64,000 nucleotides of DNA, taken from contig OX597828.1 of the NCBI GenBank assembly GCA_951406725.2, forward strand, positions 12,090,001 to 12,154,000, given 5' to 3'. Position 1 is the stretch's first letter. Each line of letters opens with the position of its first letter. The position numbers and the translations under genes are program-made. The notes under the pieces are model-generated. The model was given only the letters and a program-made list of their open reading frames with translations, did no database searches and was not told the DNA's origin. The stretch comes from Octopus vulgaris (lineage: Eukaryota). Shown piece after piece: positions 57,112 to 64,000 of this stretch.

Positions 57112-57337
57112 ATTTCTATTATTATTTATCGATTTCTTTACTTACCTTATTAGTCTTTTTTACAACACATATAAAACTTGATAACTAAATCAAAATATTG
57201 TTTGAGCAACATCTTTGATAATGCGTCCTATTTCCTCTTTATTCAGCATTATTATTTAGCATTTTTTCTTTGTCCTTCCCTTCTCCTTTTTTCTTCTTCT
57301 TCTTTATCTTCCTCTTCATATTATTATTATTATCATT

Positions 57338-57568
57338 CAGTAGTTTTATTTTTATAGCGTGCTTTCACTTCACTAACGAGCGCAGCTCTGTGTGCCTTGG
57401 GTATGTGCTGTGATTTGCTGTGATGCTCTGATGGTTATTGTATGGAAAGTGTTCTGTGTAGGATGTGTGCAGTGCCTAGTAGTGCAATTTTCTGTATGTT
57501 ATATGTGTTTGTAAGTCCTGGTGTTTTTGTTATGTATTTGTCTGAATATTTTTTTATCATGCCTAATG
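57338..57568 (-). mobile_element. 3' fragment of an R4/Dong-like element (same family as 60449-64000)
   Basis: Near-identical to 60449-60685 and flanked by (TAA)n. Confidence 0.85.
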
Positions 57569-57569
57569 A

Positions 57570-57625
<56 letters not shown>

Positions 57626-57628
57626 GAA

Positions 57629-58002
57629 GGCGGCGAGCTGGCAGAAAAGTTAGCAGTATTTCGCCTGCCGTTACGTTCTAAGTTCAAATTCCGCCGATGT
57701 CGACTTTGCCTTTCATCCTTTCGTGGTCGATAAATTAAGTACCAGTTACGCACTGGGGTCGATGTAATCGACTTAATTCGTTTGTCTGTCCTTGTTTGTC
57801 CCCTCTATATTTAGCCCCTTGTGGGTAATAAAGAAACAGGTATTTCGTCTGTGTTTACGATCCGAGTTCAAATTCTGTCGAAGTCGACTTTGCTTTCATT
57901 CTTTCGGGGTCAATAAATTAAGTACAAGTTGTGTACTGGTGTCGATCTAATCGATTGACGCCCTTTCCCAAAATTTCAGGCCTTGTGTTTAGAGAAGAAA
58001 GG
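57629..58002 (+). mobile_element. family-A SINE dimer ending in (TTA)n
   Basis: Two GAGTTCAAATTC..GTCGACTTTGC monomers. Confidence 0.85.
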
Positions 58003-58074
<72 letters not shown>

Positions 58075-58605
58075 GAGTGAAAGAGCAGTGCATGCAATCA
58101 AAGTGACACTGGGGTAAAATATACAAAGCCAAGTATACCCATCATGATTACCCGTCTGATAAGGGTACACTAGACATATGCATCACAACCACAAGTGCGC
58201 GATATGGTGATCTCATATCAAGACAAACTGCGCATGACCTTACGGGTGGGGCCCAGTTAGAATTTTCTTCTGGTCGAGTATCACATTCCGCTCAAAAGAT
58301 GTTGAGCGAAACACACGAGATTCCAAAAGTGAATTATTCAAACCAAAAAGGATCCCTTTCAACACATGGCCATGATGCTCCCCCACTACTTCTGCTCGCG
58401 AGCAGAGATTCACATATCGTCAGCCACTAAGGGACATGCTCAACTGGTTAAGGTCAAACAAATGACAAGCAAATCTGTGCTATTGAGCACAATATTTGCT
58501 GTAGTCCATCTTTTATACCAAGACAAAACAATGTACATGATAACACTTCCAATCAGTTAAGATCAGAAGCCATGAGAGCCACTGCCTGGTACTGCATCAG
58601 GGCAT
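58075..58605 (-). mobile_element. about 530-bp non-coding repeat flanked on both sides by (TAA)n
   Basis: Sharp boundaries with ATT arrays, and a diverged inverted partial copy at about 47900-48010. Strand is inferred. Confidence 0.6.
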
Positions 58606-58681
58606 TATTATTATTATTATTATTATTATAATTACTACTACTACTACTACTACTACTACTATTATAATAATAATAATAATA

Positions 58682-58717
<36 letters not shown>

Positions 58718-58886
58718 GTTATTGTTATTTTTATTATTATTATTATCATTATTATTATTATTATTATTATTTTTGGTATTATTATCATAATCATTATTAT
58801 TATTATTACTACTACAACTATCATAATAATAATAATGATAATAATAATAATTATTATTATTATTGTTATTGTTATTGTTATTATTA

Positions 58887-58918
<32 letters not shown>

Positions 58919-59069
58919 GTTATTTTTGTTATTATCATTATTATTATTATTATTGTTGTTATTTTTATTGTTATTATTATTATTATTATTGTTATTTTTA
59001 TTATTGTTATTTTTGTTATTATTATTATCATTATTATTATTATTACTGTTATCTTTTTTTCTTCTTCTT

Positions 59070-60393
59070 TCAAATTTGCTTCCATTTCTTGCCGTGTGTC
59101 ATCCCGACTCCTAGGGCAAAGAAACTCATAATATACATTTGTAGGCCATTAAACTAAACTCACTAGTTAGTTCATTTTTTTTTAAAGTTAAAGTAATATA
59201 CATGGGTAGTAATAGTTCTCACATCGACAATGCTCTTCTCAATACGTGTGATGTACCAGTTAAGACAATCTTTTGCACTTCTTGCAGGGATGGTAAGCCA
59301 GGGATCATTCTCATATAATTTTCGGTTCTCTTCTTGATCATTCCTAGTGCTCCTACGATCACTTGTATTGTAACCGCCTTGAGATGCCACATTTTCTCAA
59401 TTTCAATGAGCAGGTCTTTATATTTTCTGAGCTTGTCAAACTCTTTCGCCGAGATATTATGATTTACAGGAGATGCTCATGTCGATCAATAAGCAAACTT
59501 TATTGTTTTCGTCTTTCACAACAATATCCGGTTTATTGGCTTTGATGGTTCGGTCTGTATGTACTGGAAAGTCCCACAGAATCGTTACATTTTCTCCTTC
59601 AGTTACAGCTTCAGGGTGGTGATTATACCACTTGTCGGCAGTTTTGATATTGTAATGCCGACTTATTAGCCAGTGTAGATATTGGCCAAATCTGTCATGT
59701 CTTAATTTATACTCAACTGGTGCTAAGACTTTACATTCAGAGATTAGGTGGTCTACTGTTTCAATCATGTCGTTGCAGAATCGGCATTTTGGGTCTTCTC
59801 CATTTTTCATCACATTGGCCAGGTAGTTCCGGGTTAATAGGCTTTGATCTTGAGCAGCCAGGATGAAACCTTCCGTCTCTGCTTTTAGCCCTGAGCTCCG
59901 TAGCCACTGATGGGTTTGCTTCTGGTCAACATCAGCTTGTTTGCTACGGGCCACATATTTGCCGTGCAGAGGATTATCCTCCCACCTATCAGCCTATTGC
60001 TCGTGCGCTTTTTTCGTTGCCATTATTTTCACCTTCCTTGCAACAATAGTTGCCGTACTTCCCTCGGATTGTTCAGTTTGGGTATCCTGCACGAGATCAA
60101 TAGCAAATTTTTGCTTTCCTTTATGAGAGAATGAAGCTTCTTTCGTCTCTCGTGATTTTCCACGAGCTTTAGCATCCAGTCATTCGTTATTTCAAGATAT
60201 TTGGCCAGTCCAATTGTGGTTGTTTTGTAAGCTAGTTCAAATTGGATCAGGCCTTGACCTCTTTGGGCTCTGGGGAGGTAAAGGCGATCTACGTCTGCCT
60301 TTGGGTGGTGCATCCTATTACAACTCAGCAGATTGCGTATTTTCCTATCTATATTCTTTACTTCACTCATATTCCAGTTCAACACATTGTAGC

Positions 60394-60394
<1 letters not shown>
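59070..60394 (-). mobile_element. 5'-truncated R4/Dong-like non-LTR element, second family
   Basis: LKAETEGFILAAQDQ, CRFC..ETVDHLISEC, RHD, ILWD..KPDIV..LIDMS (CCHC finger plus restriction-like endonuclease). Confidence 0.88.
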
Positions 60395-60448
<54 letters not shown>

Positions 60449-60451
<3 letters not shown>

Positions 60452-63400
60452 TAGTTTTATTTTTATTTTTATAGCGTGCTTTCACTTCACTACCGAGCGT
60501 AGCTCTGTGTGCCTTGGGTATGTGCTGTGATCTGTTGTGATGCTCTGATGGTTAATGTATTGAAAGTGTTCTGCGTAGGATGTGTGCAGTGCCCAGTAGT
60601 GCAATTTTCTGTATGTTATATGTGTTTGTAAGTCCTGGTGTTTTTGTTATGTATTTGTCTGAATCTTTTTCTATCATACCTAATACACCTACTATGATAG
60701 GAATTGTTTCTGTGTTTAGATTCCATATTCTAGTTACCTCTATTTCCAGGTCTTTGTATTTTGAAAGTTTCTCCATTTCTTTTAGAGACACGTTGTCATC
60801 TGCTGGTATTGATACATCAATTAGAAAGCATTTTTTTTCTTCATGATCTCTGACAACTATATCTGGCCTGTTGGCCTTAATTTCTCTATCTGTGTGTATT
60901 GGCATATCCCAGGTTGCTTTCTTGTTTTCTGTGATCTTTTCTGGTGTGTGCTTATACCATCTGTTATTCCATAATGTTGGCAAAGCTTCCAGTGTATGTA
61001 GGTCCCAACTTTGTCGCGTCTGTGAATATATTCCTTCTTAGCCAACATTGGGCAGCCAGAAATAATATGATTTAGTTTCTTGTCCATCTCCACATATTCT
61101 GCAGTTATTTGCTATATTTCTTTTCATTATATGTTTTTGGTAATTTCTGGTGGGGAGGCTTTGGTCTTGTGCTGCAATTAAAAATCTCTCTGTCTCTGCT
61201 TTGAGTCCTGAGCTTCTCAACCATTGCTGGGATTTCTCTTTGTCTATTTCTTTTGCATTTAGTTTAGTCCACTATTTACCATGAAGGGGCTTTTCTTGCC
61301 ATCGTTTTATTATGGTCCTTTGCTGTTCCAGTTTTAGTTTGGATTTCATTTGCTTTATAGCTTTTGTCGTGTCTTCTTCTTCTTCTTCTTCTTCTTCTTC
61401 TTCTTCTTCTTCTTCTTCTTCTTCTTCTTCTTCTTCTTCTTCTTCTTCTTCTTCTTCTTCTTCTTTTTCTTCGCCTTCTTCATATTTGTTAGGTGGTATG
61501 ATTTCTTGTTTGTATTTGTCAGCGCTTCCTTAAGTACTGAGAACAGTTTTTTGTTTTGCTCGTGTTTTGCTCGCTATTTGTATCAGTTTTCCTTGCTTCT
61601 GAAGTAGATATTTTTGCAGTGCTATGGTGGTTATTTTATAATAGTTTTCCAACTGTATAAGGCCTCTACCACCTTCTATACGTTGTATATATAGCCTTTC
61701 TATGTCAGATTTTGAATGATGCATCCTAGATTCTGTCATTATTTTTCTTGTTTTCCGGTCTATTTTGGTTAGTTCATTTAGTGTCCAGTTAAGGAAATTG
61801 TAGCTGTAACTTATAACTGGGACGGCTAAAGTGTTAATACTTATTATATTGTTTTTAGCATTGAACTCTGTTTTCAGCATTGATCTAACTCGTCTATAGT
61901 ATTCTTTCTTTATTTTCTCTTTCATTTGTGTGTGTTGTGTCTTATCTAGTTCATGGATTCCTAAGTATTTGTATGTCTGGCTTTTGTCTGGCTTTTGTCT
62001 GGCTTTGGTCTAATTCTCTTATTTCATTGGCTTTATCTAGTATGATGGTGCTACTCTTAACTAGTTTTCCCCTTTTCAGCGTTGCTTTGGCGCATTTTTC
62101 AACTCCAAATTTTAAATCTATTTCTTTGGTAATTCCATGTACTGTCTATAGTAGTGTTTCCCCACTGTTTATCATTTGTAGCGTATAGTTAGTTTTATGT
62201 CATCCATACGTAAAAGGTGGCTGATTGTTTTGCCGTAACATTTGTATCCGCTTCCAGTTCTATTTAGCATATCAGATAGAGGTGACAGTGCCAAGCAGAA
62301 AAGGAGTGGAGAGAACGTGTCTCCCTGGAATATTCCTCTTCTAATGGGGATGGCTTTGGTTTTCACGAGTCCCTCTTTTGTTTGGAGCTGTAGCACTGTC
62401 TGCCACTTATTCATAGAGTGTCTTATGTATTTTATAATTTGTGGTGCTACTTTGTTAATGGCTAGCGTATCAAGGATCCACGTTTGGGGAATACTATCAA
62501 AAGCCTTTCGGTAGTCGATCCAGGCCATACTGAGGCCTTTCTTCTTTCTGCGCCTGTCTTTAGTTAAAGCTTTGTTTATCATTAGTTGATCTTTATAGCC
62601 GTAAGAGCCCTTGCAACATCGCTGCTGCCCTTCTGGAAACAGGTTGTTTTCGTCCAGATGCTTGCTTAATCTCCGCGATAGTACCGCAGTAAAGGCTTTG
62701 TACATTGTAGGGAGACAGGTTATAGGTCTGTAATTTTGTGGTTTAGCCATTTCAGTGGATTTGTGAATTAGGATATTTTTCCCTTTCGTGAGCCATTCAG
62801 GCATTGTCTCTGGCTCTGCTATTATGCCGTTAAAGTTTTCAGCCAGCTTTTTGTGTATTACTGTCAAATATTTTAACCAGAAGTTGGAGATATTTTGCCC
62901 AGGTGACTTCCAGTTGCTTAGTCTTGCAGTGCCTGGGAGACCTCTTCAGTTGTTATAGGGGTCCAGAGTTGCTCAGGTGCTAAGTTTGTTGTTTTAATAG
63001 TCCTTTTCTGAGGATGTTCATTCGCCGACCATATTTCTTTCCAAAATTCTTCCACTTTTTCTGCTGTTGGTGCTGCAGTGATGTCTTTTATTTTTGCCAA
63101 GTTCTTCGTAGAATTTTGGGGTGTTGGAGTTGAACTGTTTGTTTTGTTCAAAGAAACGTTGGCGTTTCTCATACCGGCGGATCCTTTGTGCTTTGTCAAG
63201 GATATCCTGCTTTAGCTTTCCTTTTATCTCAGGTAAATCTTTTTTTTCTGTAGTGTTGTATTTGCGCAGTATTTGTGTTTTTTCTTGTTTCTTAGTAGTG
63301 TTGATTCTCTACTAATTTCGTTAAGAATCGACATATCTATCTTCTTTTGTTTTTGGATATTATTTATCCACAGGGTTTGTTTGGGTAGTGGTATTCCTGT

Positions 63401-64000
63401 TTGATGGGTTTGAGGGAGTATCGAGCTTCTTTTGTGGCTGCAATGGCTGTTGCATATATTATGTCATTTAGTTCAGTGATATTGCCATTTGTTTCAGTGG
63501 CTATTAGTTCCGTGACGGTCAGGTATATGCTATTTATTATTTATGTTGTTGTTTTCTTTTTGTCTATTTTGGTTTTTGGGAGGTATAGTCGGTGGTCCAT
63601 TCTGAGATCTGTGGTTTTCAGTCCTTTGATTATTCTCATTTTTATAGTATCATAATCATTAGGTTCCCCTTCACTGTGTCCAGGTTTTAGATTTGTTTCG
63701 CCTTCTTTCTCATTCATATGTTTGTCTGTGGTATTCTGGATTAGTGCTTTTTGTACATTATTATACATCGCTACGGTCTGGGTTTGTTGTTTTTTGTTTA
63801 CTTCGTTTTTGTTGGAAATGTTACGTCTGTCTTCGTGTTTTACTATCTCAGTGTTTATATTATTTAGCATTATTGTGTGGTTACCATCTACATTTTCCTG
63901 ATGTATTTTACCTTTTATATGTTCTATTTCTATTTCGGATTTTTTTTACTTTGAGAATATATCTTCGTAGGTTAGCTAGTTTATTAGGGTTCATTGCTGT
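60449..64000 (-). mobile_element. R4/Dong-like RLE non-LTR retrotransposon, frameshifted, continuing beyond the window
   Basis: RT motifs NYRPITCL, AWIDYRKAFDSIP, GIFQGDTFSPLLF, RMDDIKL; AAQDQ; CRIC; RPDIVVRD..LIDVSIP. The 3' end abuts (TAA)n. Confidence 0.92.

Noticed and set aside
58550-58605. Possible HDV-like pseudoknot at the element end
   Set aside because: P1, P1.1 and P4 could not be assigned by eye.

Overview
Eukaryotic, AT-rich DNA packed with microsatellites and with no recognisable host protein-coding gene. The SINE families resemble those I recall from octopus/cephalopods (inference, not checked). Nearly all ORFs in the track are microsatellite artefacts. The real coding remnants are all transposons: a Tx1/L1-clade LINE with its RT deleted, sitting between two (GATA)n arrays (3.2-7.8 kb); an inverted pair of Penelope-like elements (18.6-22.3 kb); an uninterrupted 5'-truncated RTE-clade RT ORF (29.6-31.6 kb); CR1 fragments; Tc1/mariner derivatives; and a stack of R4/Dong-like elements in (TAA)n (57.3-64 kb). 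The most interesting signal is non-coding: about a dozen type-I hammerhead-ribozyme (HHR) motifs, read by eye, in several short repeat families. One is a TSD-flanked tandem element that joins a tRNA-derived Pol III head to a minimal hammerhead (14095-14642). Also notable: a SINE whose 3' end matches that of the Tx1 LINE, and repeated local fold-back duplications. All folds and alignments were done by eye and need computational confirmation.
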